Shown here: positions 40,584 through 54,683 of the stretch, piece by piece
How the letters are laid out: each line of letters opens with the position of its first letter
Numbering within the stretch: position 1 is the stretch's first letter
NCBI RefSeq assembly: GCF_001194135.2
Contig: NC_068984.1
Span: 142,283,002 to 142,347,001, forward strand
Origin: Octopus bimaculoides
Taxonomy: Eukaryota
Length of the DNA stretch: 64,000 nucleotides
Direction: 5' to 3'
Notes under the pieces: model-generated
What the model saw: only the letters and a program-made list of their open reading frames with translations
What the model was told of the DNA's origin: nothing
The model's database searches: none
Program-made: the position numbers and the translations under genes

Positions 40584-42455
40584 GTATTTATGTATGTATG
40601 TTTGTAAGTGTGTGTGTGCGTATGTGCGTGTGAGTTTGTGAGTGTGTGTGTGTGTGTGCGAGTATATAGGCGAGTGTGAGCGTGTATATATATATCTTTA
40701 TATATAGAGAGTTGGCCAAATGTTACCTGACAATAAATCAAATCCATTTAATTCCAAGATTTATGTATGTTTAACAACTGAATGAATTTAATGAAAGCAT
40801 CTAAATATATGAGACATCATGAAAATTCTTCAAATTGAAGTCCTTCTTGAGCGACACATTTTTCCATTCGAATCAATACAGAATTACAGATAGAATTTAT
40901 GGAACTTTCATTTACTCTCGGGTGACTTTTGGCCAACCGTTTATATACATATATTGGGGTCGATGTAATCGATTTAACCCTCCCCGAAATTGTTGGCCTT
41001 CTGCCAGAGATTTAAAATCATTACGATAGTCATCCACACAGTTTTGGATCATTAAATTTCATAAACACGTCTTTGATCAATCTGATGTTATGAGAAAATA
41101 TTTTAAGATTCTGGCGTAATTGCGGAAGGAATTCTTCAACGAAACACCCACACCTGGAACCATTTTCTCGTGTTGATTTACTAAATACCATTCACACACA
41201 CACACACACTCACGCATTCACAGAGGCATGAGTTCAAATCTTGCTCAAGTAAATTTTGTCTTTCATCGATAATACAAGTCCCGTTTGAATATTGAAATCG
41301 ACTCCACCATTTCGCCACCACAACCACCACGCATCTGTGACATTGTGTCAATGTTAGTAATCATTATTTGTTCCATTAGAATTCCATGAGAACTATGCCA
41401 GGCAAAGTTATGTATCAGAATATAGCGTTGAAATACCGTTTAGAGAATTGAGATAGAAAACGCAAAGCGGAAAAAAAAAATCCTAAAAAGGTTATGTTTC
41501 AGTAAAGGTGTGTTGCGTGCAGAGAATAATTCTGAAATGCTATTTTGCAACTACAACGAAATGAAAAAAAAAAAAAAATAATAAACAGATAAATGGAAGT
41601 AAAATATAACAAAATATAACAGCAGCTAAATTACAATGCATGACTCAAGCTTGTCTAATAGGATTGATAAGATCAAAGGTAGAAATAAGAAAGAAGGATT
41701 TGTTTTTCGTTTTCTTTAAATAACTAACATTTTCGGTAATTTTCCAAATGTATATGCATGTGTATGTGTGTCTGTATGTGTGGGTGTAATTGTGTGAGTG
41801 TGTGTTTGTGCGTGAAAGGTTGGTTGGTGGAGAGGTACGTAAATGTAGGAGCGAAATATTTTGAACTGAAATGGCGACTTTGACAGCTATTTTCTACTTG
41901 CATGTGCTCTGTGAGTGTCATCTGTTTTTGCGGCATGTTTTGGAGGTAAACGAGACATGCAAGGTACATTACAGCCAAAGAGAAACATTTAGAAACGAGC
42001 AAAAGCAAGACTTTATCGTTCTAATAGATGTCTGAAAGAAAACATGGCGTCCGAAAATGTTTTAAATGGAGGTAAAAAAAAGAAAAAACCGAAAGAGAGA
42101 GATGGTGCCTGTATGTAATGTTGTTGTAATTTAATCTAATGTGATCCTGTACTGGGTTTCTCTTCAATTATGAGATCACAGGAAACAAATAACTTCGGAA
42201 TACTCAAAATAGTCCTGTAAAATTACGCTCATATACTTGTATAACATATGTATACATACACATATACATATATACGCAGAAATCTATACATTCATGCATG
42301 TATATGTACGTATAGCTGTATGTATGTGTATAAGTGCATATGAATATGTATGTATAAATAAATATACATATATATGTACATATATACATACATATATATA
42401 TACATATATACATTCATTTACATACATATATATACATATACATACACACACACAA

Positions 42456-42495
<40 letters not shown>

Positions 42496-42618
42496 TCATA
42501 CGTACATGTATACATACATACATACATACATATATATTTATATGTGTATGTATACACATACACAAGCTCACACACACATATATATACATATATATATATA
42601 TACATATATATTCACACA

Positions 42619-42659
<41 letters not shown>

Positions 42660-43996
42660 NNNNNNNNNNTATATATATATATATATATATATGTATATGT
42701 ATGTATGTATACACACACAAACACACACACACACACGCACACACACACACACGCGCACACACACACATACATACATATATATACATACATATATTCATAA
42801 TTGCATACACACACATGTACGGATGTATATATGAAACAAGCGAACAATGGAGTTGCCGGTATCACGTTCATTCTACACATAACACCCATTTCAACGCCGT
42901 ATTGATAATAAATCATTTAACAAGTTGGTAAACAAGGGCGAGGGAATTGATTATGTAGCATCGATTATATAATATCGATTCTATATTGCAGAGCCATAGT
43001 GATGCAGTCAAAATCTTGGTGAATAAATAAATACGAGCTCAATTTGGATGTATTCACCTCAGTATAGAAATGCAGACGAACAGGTGAGAAGATATTACAG
43101 GAATTAGGTGTTTACGTTGGAAGTGCAAATGAAAGGAATGTTAAAATTAACGGTTTTAGAATATCACGTGGCAAGATTATTTCAAAATTTGAATTCATTA
43201 ATTAGTCTATATATGGGTGTTTGTCTTTGTGGAAGAAATTGAATTTGGAGAGATCTGAAGATACATGGACTCTGCCGGGTCTCAATAAACAAATAAAGTT
43301 ACCACAATTCCTCCTAGATAATGCAAGGCAAATTATATATANNNNNNNNNNNNNNNNNNNNNNNNNNNNNNNNNNNNNNNNNNNNNNNNNNNNNNNNNNN
43401 NNNNNNNNNNNNNNNNNNNNNNNNNNNNNNNNNNNNNNNNNNNNNNNNNNNNNNNNNNNNNNNNNNNNNNNNNNNNNNNNNNNNNNNNNNNNNNNNNNNN
43501 NNNNNNNNNNNNNNNNNNNNNNNNNNNNNNNNNNNNNNNNNNNNNNNNNNNNNNNNNNNNNNNNNNNNNNNNNNNNNNNNNNNNNNNNNNNNNNNNNNNN
43601 NNNNNNNNNNNNNNNNNNNNNNNNNNNNNNNNNNNNNNNNNNNNNNNNNNNNNNNNNNNNNNNNNNNNNNNNNNNNNNNNNNNNNNNNNNNNNNNNNNNN
43701 NNNNNNNNNNNNNNNNNNNNNNNNNNNNNNNNNNNNNNNNNNNNNNNNNNNNNNNNNNNNNNNNNNNNNNNNNNNNNNNNNNNNNNNNNNNNNNNNNNNN
43801 NNNNNNNNNNNNNNNNNNNNNNNNNNNNNNNNNNNNNNNNNNNNNNNNNNNNNNNNNNNNNNNNNNNNNNNNNNNNNNNNNNNNNNNNNNNNNNNNNNNN
43901 NNNNNNNNNNNNNNNNNNNNNNNNNNNNNNNNNNNNNNNNNNNNNNNNNNNNNNNNNNNNNNNNNNNNNNNNNNNNNNNNNNNNNNNNNNNNNNNN

Positions 43997-44115
43997 CTTA
44001 ACGCCTTCTCAAAATATCTGAAAGACCCTCATGTTGCAGGGGCAGATGATTTCAATAAACAAGTCGACCTCTTGCTGTCTAAGGCCCCGGATGAGTCAAT
44101 ATCAAGGCAGGAGAC
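43997..44115 (+). mobile_element. CR1-clade LINE C-terminal fragment
   Basis: NAFSKYLKDPHVAGADDFNKQVDLLLSKAPDESISRQET aligns by eye with the 2.3 kb fragment (VRDLHGMDVDVSKTKLDLLMSTAP). Confidence 0.5.
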
Positions 44116-44128
44116 ATGTATATATTTA

Positions 44129-44241
44129 CATTGCTTACATTATTTACATTTGACGGATGTTTGTCGCGCATATGGCGTAGTGGTTAAGAGCGCGGGCTAC
44201 TAACCCCAAGATTTCGAGTTCGATTCCAGGCAGTGACCTGG

Positions 44242-44281
<40 letters not shown>

Positions 44282-44447
44282 TAACATAGAAAATACCTTA
44301 GGAATGAGAAACCAGGTTCGAAATTTCCTCAAAACTCCTGATGAAGGCTGGAGGGTATATCAGTCGAAATGTTGTGTTAACAACAAACAAGATGAGGACA
44401 AATGTAAATAATGTACGTAATTCCTCTGCTCTTAAATATAGAACTGT
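44129..44447 (+). mobile_element. Palindromic hammerhead-tail element, copy 4, with 13-bp TSD
   Basis: Short inverted left tail (44129-44165), head (A-box TGGCGTAGTGG 44173-44183, B-box GAGTTCGATTCC 44216-44227), (AAT)n and tail ending GAACTGT. ATGTATATATTTA at 44116-44128 and 44448-44460. Confidence 0.9.
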
Positions 44448-44512
44448 ATGTATATATTTATTTCATCATAAATGCAAAACGCTACGGCAGAATCGACGTA
44501 AGCTTAAATAAT

Positions 44513-44570
44513 AAACCGCGATAGGTGAACCGCGATAAGTGAACCGCGATATGGCGAGGAATTACTTTAT
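44513..44570. mobile_element. pogo/Tigger-like MITE end fragment
   Basis: Three AACCGCGATA units followed by GCGAGGAATTACT; related to 51590-51714. Confidence 0.45.
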
Positions 44571-45159
44571 AACAATGAGCACTTCCTCTCTCTTGTTAGC
44601 TGAGTCCTCAACTAAATCAACTTTGAAAAAATTTTCTGTGAGAATATAAGCCAATAACTAATCCAGCTGCTTTCATTGTTATCACCAAGTGTTAAACTTC
44701 TTAATTTTAGATGGCCGAACAGAATTAAAAATTAAATTGGACAATGAGTAATTATCGTTTATTCCTCAGCAGATAATTAGTTGTAGTTAAGTTAGTGTTA
44801 ACATGTTTAACCTTCACAACTACTAAGTTATCAATATGCATTAAAACTTTATTGATTGCACTTTTTTTCAGCTTAAATAAGGGTAGGGAATATGTTTTAT
44901 GTAGAATATTCCATTTTTCATTCATGCTCAGAGTCACACATTCACACCCACGCGTACAAACACGCACGTGCACACCCACACACATATCTGTATATATAAT
45001 AATATTCCAATGTCGATAATTCGGCAACAAATGTCAGATGATGTAATTGCTCTCATGCAATAAAGTTGTTCAAACAGAAAGAATCCTTTAGAATTCGATA
45101 AAACTTTACATTTTGGCCATCTTGCTCCCATTTCAGCGAGCAAGCGAAGAAAGAGTGAA

Positions 45160-45198
<39 letters not shown>

Positions 45199-46125
45199 CA
45201 GAGAGAGAGAGAGGGGGGAGAGAGGGGGGACAAAGAGGTAAAGAGATACGCATACACACACACAAGCACAAACACATACACACATACGCGTGCAAAAGAA
45301 GCGAGTCAAAGTAATATTTGAGACTCAAACTATACGCAATAAACATTATGGAGTTAATGCTGTCAGAATTAATAAGCTAACTGGATATAAATATACTTTG
45401 AGCAAAATACAATGTAACTGGTTAATCGTTAATATTATATGAAACATTCCGGTAGCTACAACATCTTACATGTTTCAGCCTTATCGGAATTCTTCAGTTA
45501 AGCTTATCTTTCAACCCGCTTGCTAACGTAGGTGTGTGTAGTGAAAAGCTGATTAACTATTCTTTCATTCTTTTACATGCTTCACTGATTGCAATGTGCC
45601 GATGCTGGGATTTCGTCCATCTAATCGACTCCTGTACTTATTCTGTTCGTTCTTGGTAATAACTACGTCGGAGCCTTTTGGCCGACCGCTAATTTATAGG
45701 GTCGCACGAGAAACCGTCACTTGGTGTCAGGTAGTGTAGGAACAACACATAAAGACAATGTCACACTTAAGCATGCTTACATACATACAAACACACACAC
45801 TCACACACATACACACTTGCACATAGCTTTTGTCATAGCTTGTTTCAGTTATTAGATTGTGTCTGTGCTGGGGCACCACTTTGAAGAATTGTTAGCCGAA
45901 CGATAGACGTAGCACTTATTCTATCTGTCTTCTGGCTTAACATTTCCAAAGCGTCTTTGGGTGCATTTAAGGAAGTTCGATCCAGAGCAATCTAGCAGCG
46001 CAGGCCCAAAATCAATGGAAACGCTTCCAATCACAGCCATCAACGCATCAAGGCGTGTTATCTCCCTTATACACCTGTCCATATCAAGACGTATTACCTC
46101 CCTTATACACCAGACTAGTCTTTAA

Positions 46126-46678
46126 CCCTTTAACATTTCGACCGGCCATATCTGATTGGAATACTCTACATGTTTTATGTTGAAACTGACTAGATCAGGC
46201 CTCTTACACCTGTTTTATATTGTCATTCTAAGAGTAGAAAAATCATACAATTGAAATCTTAACGCTACGAGACAATTCATGATTAATTTTACTTGTCTCA
46301 GTCATTTGCTTGCGGCAATGCTGGGGCACCGCCTTGAAGGGTTTTAGTCGAATAAATCGAACCTAGGACTTATTTTTTAAGCATAGTTCTTATTCTATCG
46401 GTTTTCTTTCGCCGAACTGCTAGGTTAAGCAGATGTAAACACATGGACACCGGTTGTTAAGCAGTGATGGAGACAAACGCAGATACAAAGACACACACAC
46501 ACGTAAATCTATAAATATGTACGACGGGATTCTTTCAGTTTCCATCTATCAAATCCACTCATAAGTTTGTGGTCGGCCTGAGGCTACAGCATAAGACACT
46601 GGGCCAAGGTTCCACGCAGTGGGACTGAACCCGGAACCATGTGCTTGGCAGGTATAGAGTAATCCGGATGATAAAGGA
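46126..46678. mobile_element. piggyBac-like MITE (TTAA TSD) interrupted by a SINE
   Basis: TTAA|CCCTTTAACAT at 46122 and ATGATAAAGGA|TTAA ending at 46682. Confidence 0.65.
46287..46652 (-). mobile_element. SINE family A nested in the piggyBac-like MITE
   Basis: 3' end through CORE and B-box region present; extreme 5' end missing. Confidence 0.85.
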
Positions 46679-47066
46679 TTAAAAGTGTCAAATCAGTCGA
46701 GCAGGTTTCCCTTCAAAGCCAGAACCTACGCAAAACTAAAAATTTCTAATCACAATGTTGCGGTTTCTTATCTATAGTTCTTTGTATATTATTTCTGATC
46801 GAAAGATATCTGCATACAATTTTATAGAATTATAATAATATACAGTGAATGTACAGAGGATGTAGATATTACAAAACAGATGTATTCTAATATATTCCAA
46901 ACAAAACTAAAACGGAATTGAATTTCATGGCAGGGTAGATTCTGCTGAAGATATCGAACGACCAGGTGGCGTTATTCAACCTTCAATTGCATTAAATATA
47001 CCATGCGAAAACAGGTATGATACATCACTCTCTCTTCAATACAGGTGTATAATAATAATAATAATG

Positions 47067-47130
<64 letters not shown>

Positions 47131-47922
47131 TGATGATGATGATAAGGAATTTTTTTATTATTATTGTTATTATTATTTTTGTTGTTGTTGCTGTTGGTAG
47201 TGTAGTTGTTGTTATAACAATAATGCATTTTAATAAAGTTTAAGAAATTTAAAATTCGGTTTATTTTCTTTTATATTTCCAACAAGAGTTTGATGCAATA
47301 AAACAAGCACATGAAGAATAAATAAATCGTAACAGTGCATGTATGTAATGTACGGGGTATATATATGACTCTAACTAAAATAAGTTTATATAATTACATT
47401 TACAAAACTATGAATCTATGTGCAGACATGCAAAAAAGAAAATAGAATGACAAAAAGAAAAAAAACGAGGAAAACGAATTTGCATAGTTTATTATGAAAA
47501 AGATAGCAGGGCAAAAGAATAAATAGTATGGAAATTGAATTGACTCAGTTGAAAGGAAAGTTTGTAACAAAAAAAAGCTTTGTTGCAACCTCCAGGATAG
47601 AGATTCTGCATTCTACACAAGTCTTCCTCAACGCCATTTTTATATAATACATATGGTTTTATATTAGGCACATTAATGTATTGTGTAAGTATATATATAT
47701 ATATATATATATATCGAAGCATTTATGCCTGTGTATAAATTATACGATATGTATGTGTGAGTTTGTATGTTTCTATCTATGTGTGCGTGTGTGTGTGTAT
47801 TCACATATGTATATATACATATATACATATATACACACATATATATATATATTTATATATATTTATATATGCGTCAACATAAAATATACTCATATATATA
47901 TACGCGTGCGTATGTCCATGTG

Positions 47923-47969
<47 letters not shown>

Positions 47970-48463
47970 GGGAGAGGGAGAGAGATGTGAATCATATATT
48001 ATGTATATATTTAAATATAAACAAGCATGTATATAATTATATGTATGAATTATACATATACGTAATTATTAAGAGATATATGTGAGACACAAATATATTC
48101 TTATACATACATAGAACGACATACGTAACACATACGTACACATACATACAGACACACATATATAATATGAATGTGAAATTGTGAATAGTTATGAAGTTCA
48201 ATAGGTGCGGTAGTTTTCAAAATAAATGTCAAAAAAATATTTTAGATTTCTGGTTTGGAAATTGATTTGTTGAATAACAAAATTTCTGGAGGATTGCGAA
48301 TATAACACTGAAAATACGCGCATATGCACACACACATATACACACACTAGACGTACGCAAAACACCCACTCACGAATATACACGCGTGTGCACACGGACA
48401 CCACGTTAACTAACATACATAGCCAACACATCAACAAACAAACGTATTCAGTACACACACAAA

Positions 48464-48522
<59 letters not shown>

Positions 48523-48555
48523 ATATACATATGCATATACATGCTTAATATATAT

Positions 48556-48597
<42 letters not shown>

Positions 48598-48757
48598 CAT
48601 ATATATTTATATATATACACACATAAATATATATGCATATATATGAAAACATATACATACATGTATATGTATATATTTACATATATATATACATATATAT
48701 ATGTGTATGTATTTATACACACACGCAAATATATGCGCATAGATTTGCATATATGTG

Positions 48758-48791
<34 letters not shown>

Positions 48792-50051
48792 CATAAATAT
48801 ATATGTATACATACATACATGCATATATACAAATATATATNNNNNNNNNNNNNNNNNNNNNNNNNNNNNNNNNNNNNNNNNNNNNNNNNNNNNNNNNNNN
48901 NNNNNNNNNNNNNNNNNNNNNNNNNNNNNNNNNNNNNNNNNNNNNNNNNNNNNNNNNNNNNNNNNNNNNNNNNNNNNNNNNNNNNNNNNNNNNNNNNNNN
49001 NNNNNNNNNNNNNNNNNNNNNNNNNNNNNNNNNNNNNNNNNNNNNNNNNNNNNNNNNNNNNNNNNNNNNNNNNNNNNNNNNNNNNNNNNNNNNNNNNNNN
49101 NNNNNNNNNNNNNNNNNNNNNNNNNNNNNNNNNNNNNNNNNNNNNNNNNNNNNNNNNNNNNNNNNNNNNNNNNNNNNNNNNNNNNNNNNNNNNNNNNNNN
49201 NNNNNNNNNNNNNNNNNNNNNNNNNNNNNNNNNNNNNNNNNNNNNNNNNNNNNNNNNNNNNNNNNNNNNNNNNNNNNNNNNNNNNNNNNNNNNNNNNNNN
49301 NNNNNNNNNNNNNNNNNNNNNNNNNNNNNNNNNNNNNNNNNNNNNNNNNNNNNNNNNNNNNNNNNNNNNNNNNNNNNNNNNNNNNNNNNNNNNNNNNNNN
49401 NNNNNNNNNNNNNNNNNNNNNNNNNNNNNNNNNNNNNNNNNNNNNNNNNNNNNNNNNNNNNNNNNNNNNNNNNNNNNNNNNNNNNNNNNNNNNNNNNNNN
49501 NNNNNNNNNNNNNNNNNNNNNNNNNNNNNNNNNNNNNNNNNNNNNNNNNNNNNNNNNNNNNNNNNNNNNNNNNNNNNNNNNNNNNNNNNNNNNNNNNNNN
49601 NNNNNNNNNNNNNNNNNNNNNNNNNNNNNNNNNNNNNNNNNNNNNNNNNNNNNNNNNNNNNNNNNNNNNNNNNNNNNNNNNNNNNNNNNNNNNNNNNNNN
49701 NNNNNNNNNNATATATACATACATACATATGTATATGTATGTATGTGTGTGCATGTATAGTGTGTGTATGTATATATATATACGTATATATGAACAGAAC
49801 AGAAACGAATCTCAAGCAAAAAGGGAAAGAAGGCAATGTGATGTATAAAAAAGCCATCTAAATGAACCAGCAAATATTTAAGTAGAAATATAAACACGAC
49901 ACTGGATCGTTCATGAGAAATTGACGATTCAATCCTGATGTTTCGTGATGCAATATTATGTGCGATAGAGAAGGAGAAAGAATATAGTCGTCGCTGTTAA
50001 TGATCATGATATTTTGAAAGATGGCGGTGACGAGCTGAACGCAAGTAACAG

Positions 50052-50095
<44 letters not shown>

Positions 50096-50112
50096 GTAAT
50101 AATAATAATAAT

Positions 50113-50660
50113 GCTCTGATGCTGTACCAAGCAGTGGCTCTCATGGTATAACAGATGGGCTACAACAAATATTCTGCTTAATACCACAGATTTGTTTGTC
50201 AGTTGTTTGACCTTAACCAGTTGAGTATGACCCTTGGTGGCTGACGATATGTGCATCTCTGATCACGAGCGGAAGTAGTGGGGGAGCATCATAGCCATGT
50301 GTTGAGAGGAATTCTTTGGGGTTTGAATAATTCACCTTTGGAAACATGGGTGTTTCATTCAACATCCTTAAACAACCCTTATTCGTGGACCTTTTTAGCG
50401 GGATATGCTAATCGACGTAAAGTAAATTCTAACTACATCTCACCCACAAGGTCATGCGCTGTTTATCATGATACAAGTTCACCATGTTGCGCACATATGG
50501 TTGTGATGCATGTGCCTGTTGTACCTTTATCAGACGGGTAGACATGATGGGGATACTGGGCTTCGTATATTTTACACCCCAGCATCACTATGATTGCGCG
50601 CCAACATAGTGTGCCATCATATGCGCCGTCACTCGGGCTACAACAAATATTCAGCTCAAA
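50113..50660. mobile_element. Unclassified ~500-bp GC-richer element starting at an (AAT)n tract
   Basis: Sharp composition change right after (AAT)n; internal 25-bp repeat GGGCTACAACAAATATTC.GCT.AA at 50157 and 50635. No ORF or family recognised. Confidence 0.4.
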
Positions 50661-51589
50661 ATTGATTGGATGGAATAAAATCCAAGCAGTTAATACACAG
50701 GGGATATCATCCCTTCGATATGAAGTTTATTTTATGAGTTTATTTTAAATTTTTGAATATCACGTTTTCATGGTGTCCAATATTTGGTATCGATTTTTTA
50801 AAAATCTTGAAAATACATTTTTTTTAAAAAGCAGCGTTGCATCGTTGGAGATGGACAGTCTTAGAAATGAGAATATTGAATAAATTTATCGAGGATTTCT
50901 AGAGATTCTCATTCCAACAGACGAGCGTCGGGCATTTCGATAAAAGTAAACGATTTTCTCATTGATTTAGCGTGCGAAGTGGCTGGGTATTCCGCAATCA
51001 TTTGTACCCATAACGTAATTTTCGATGGGACACAGTATGACAAAGATGAAGTTTTGAATTACAAATACAAACCAACAAATGGGATTCTTACAGTTTCCCT
51101 CCACTCAATTTCAATCACAGGCATGGATCGAACAAACTCTGATGCAGTCACACTCCCAATGTACCACGCTCTGGAATCGAACTCGTGATCTCATAGATGT
51201 GAAACAAACTATTCATTCAGCTATGCCTGCATCGCATCATATTCTGCACAGTGTGACTGAGCACAAGTACGTGTAGCCATGGCTGGGACATATGTGATTT
51301 TAGGTATTTTCGGTTACAGGTGGGCTTAATCTAAGCAACCATAATGTTGGTATATCTTGGTGCGTAATAGTCACTTATCAAGCAGTCAAATGGCAGTTTC
51401 ATAACACCAAGATGTGAATAAAATTGAATGAGTTTGTAAAATATTGACCTATCGGATTCACCGCCGAATATATAAACAAAGAACAGAAGATGTTTCATAA
51501 GTATATCTACAATACAATAATCCATCCACGGGTGTTACGTGCCAAAACCTCCCACAGAAATAGTTAAAATCTAAAGACATAAATACTTA

Positions 51590-51714
51590 CCGGCCGCAGA
51601 AACCCGCGATATACTGAGGAAGCCGCGATATAAATTTATATATATTAGCCAGAAAAATCCACGATGTACTGAGTGCACGATAGGTGAACCGTGATAATGC
51701 GAGGGATTACTGTA
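51590..51714. mobile_element. pogo/Tigger-like MITE remnant
   Basis: Ends GCGAGGGATTACTG|TA (reverse complement TA|CAGTAATCCCTCGC); internal CCGCGATA repeats. Confidence 0.55.
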
Positions 51715-52220
51715 TATAGACTAAATGTTTAGTGTGTATACTATATTTCTCATATGGTACAACGTATTTACTAGTCTGCTCGCCTAGAAATCGGAGTGGC
51801 CTCACTCGAAAGTTAAAACAATGTGAAGCGCATCGTGACCAATGATGTATAACAACATCTAAAAGTCAGGTCGATACCGTAATACCGTGTCTATATATAC
51901 TCATTAGCTTTGTACAGGATATTTATTATATTTACTGTATGATTCTCAAAAGTGATGACAGAATCAAACAGATTTTACTCCGGATTTAGATCGATTCTTG
52001 GAATTTAATTCCCTGCAATCATTTGAAGATTTAAACGAAGATTTTATTAGGGTTAGACATTTCTGAAGAGTTCTGTAGTCGATTAAGGTAACTTCATTCA
52101 CGTTTAGAGAAAGTGGAAAGATCATAAATGTAACAAAAACCGTAATGTTGACTCACCTAAAACTCATTGGACACACTACGTTTTCAGTTCTTTTAGGAGG
52201 AGGGAGCGGAATAATTAAAA

Positions 52221-52609
52221 GTGGCTATGTTTTTTGTAGCTTGCTTACTAGCCACATGGTTCCGGATTCAGTCCCACTGCGTGGCATCTTGGGCAAGCGA
52301 CTTCTGCTATAACCTGGGGTCGGCCAAAGCCTTGTGAGTGGATTTGGCGGACGGAAACTGAAAGAAGCCCGTCGTATATATGTATATATATGTGTCTGTA
52401 TGTGTTTGTGTCTGTGTTTTTCTACCATCACTTAACAACCGATGATTGTGTGTACACGTCCCGGTAAGCTAGCGGTTCGGCAAAACAGACCGATAGAATA
52501 AGTACTAGGCTTACAAAGAATAAGTCCTGGGGTCGATTTGTTCGACTAAAGGCGATGCCCCAGCACGGGCGTAGTGAAATAACTGACACAAATAAAAGAG
52601 AGTAAAAGA
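52221..52609 (+). mobile_element. SINE family A, near full length
   Basis: All family A blocks in order. Confidence 0.9.
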
Positions 52610-53838
52610 ATGATGAAAGACACGAAACCATCCATTTATGGAGAAGGGACAATCGGTGGAAGCAACCTGTTACTTATTTCATCGAGACTGGGTGGGATGA
52701 AAGGCTAATACAACCAGTGTGAGATTCGAACTCAGATTGAAAAGTCAGGTCACTCAATATCGCAAAATATCTTGACTGAGTCACTTAACACATCTGCCAT
52801 TCATTATTGTTGTAAGTGTTAAATAATAAACAATCCCCTACCACACCCTCACACCACTATCACTACCCCAGACCAACATTATAATACAAAACAATATTTA
52901 AAAAAATAGGAACAAAGAACGTTGAGTAAATATTAAAAAAAAAACAAAACAAAGGAGAGAAAAATATAGAAAAAAATTAGAAGAAAATTAAAAATAATAA
53001 ATGTTGCAAGAGACTTAAAATCCATTAGTTTTGGTCATTAACTTCTTTGTTTTAATTAATTTTCAATGTGTTATATATACGGTTGATTAATTACGAATTA
53101 TCTAATTTAAATAATAATTTCTATCATAGAAATAAAACTACACATTAGAGGCGAGGGCGGTGGTGGCGAAGGTGTTGAAAGAGGGTGGGTAGTGGTGGGG
53201 GCTTATAGTTGATTGAATCGACTCAAGTACTTGATTGGTACTTTATGGTTTTATATATCGATCGACGAGCGGACGATAAGAAGACATAGTTTGACCTCTG
53301 TGCGTTTCCAAGGTAACAAACACTAAAAAGCATTTTGCCCGTCACGACGCCATTCTGTCACGCGTCGATCTCTCCGCTTAAAACTGTTATTTTCTTTTTA
53401 ACGTAAGTCCAACTTTAGTAATCTCGGAGAAGAACTTAGACGATTAAATCGACCCACATACATAACTGGTACAATAACATTAAACATGATAGAACATCTT
53501 GAGGGAGGGGTCATTTGGCTTTGAAAAACTTAATTCGGTGTAAGAGTTCAGAATTGATTCCTGAGTTAATTTCTTTCCACTGAGAAAATAAAAGTCATTC
53601 GTAAGTTGCCAGGATTTTCTTTGACCTTTTATCTTCTATCTTTATCTTGTTTTAATCACTAGACTGCGACCATGCTGGGGCACCGTCTTCAAGAATGTTA
53701 GTCGAACGAATCAACCTCCAGTACTAATACTCCCTTTTTTTTTTGCAAAACTGCCAAGTTAAGGGGATGTGAACAAACTTACACCGATTTCAAAAAGGTG
53801 TTGGGGTACAAATACACACACACACGCACACAGACACA

Positions 53839-53938
<100 letters not shown>

Positions 53939-54551
53939 AGTAACAGTAGAGGTACAGATGTTAATCCATTACGGCCGTTTCAAACGACTCCTTTAATTGA
54001 TTAACGAAAATATTACATCATTGTAAAGAACCTGTTTCCGTCAAGTGAATTCATGAAGTTCAAAATAAAAGACGTTCAAAATGATTTAATATAGTTTACA
54101 ATCCATGGAGCAAAACCATTTTCAGTAATTCTGCAACTGTTTCTGTCGACAGATATTTACATAATATTGTTGTGTGTGTATATTATTCCGATCTAACGTG
54201 GTACCACAATTTAAGTACCTAATCCAACTGAATCTTACTTATATTTCATATATATATATATATCGTCGTTATTGTGTTAAACTGTCGCATGTCCAAATTT
54301 GGCCAAATCCTTTTTTTTTTTTCAATAATTATTTTTGCTTTCAATAGTTGATTCTTTTGATCAAACCATCGTATCTCCATCTGCTTCTGATGCCAAGATA
54401 TCAAGAATTGTCAAAGTGTAGTACAATGGTTTTGCTATGAAATGGTGGAAACTATTTTTTCGTTTTCTGAAAAAGCTGCGTTTTGGACATACAACACTTT
54501 TACATAATATCAACGATATATATAATAATCACAAACGACTCCAAGAAAAAA

Positions 54552-54683
54552 AAAATGAAAGGCGAAAATCGTCCTCGGCGGAATTTGAACTCAGAACGTA
54601 ACGACGGACAAAATGGGGAACCGAACTTAATGCCGCTAAACACTTTGTCCGGCGTGCCAACGATCCTCCCATCTCACCGCCTT
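54552..54683 (-). mobile_element. SINE family B 5' half
   Basis: CGGCGGAATTTGAACTCAGAACGTAA...ATGCCGCTAA...CTCACCGCCTT. Confidence 0.8.

Noticed and set aside
41868-42050. YY1-like ATGGCG motifs suggesting a promoter
   Set aside because: Only one exact AANATGGCG match and no CpG island or downstream exon; not supportable.
44173-44240. tRNA gene call for the tRNA-like heads (also 9428, 10509, 19547, 60990)
   Set aside because: A/B boxes are present, but there is no complete acceptor stem and the heads sit inside repeats; treated as SINE-type heads.
46063-46111. 21-bp direct repeat GT(G/A)TTA(T/C)CTCCCTTATACACC
   Set aside because: Two copies only with a short spacer; most likely a small local duplication.
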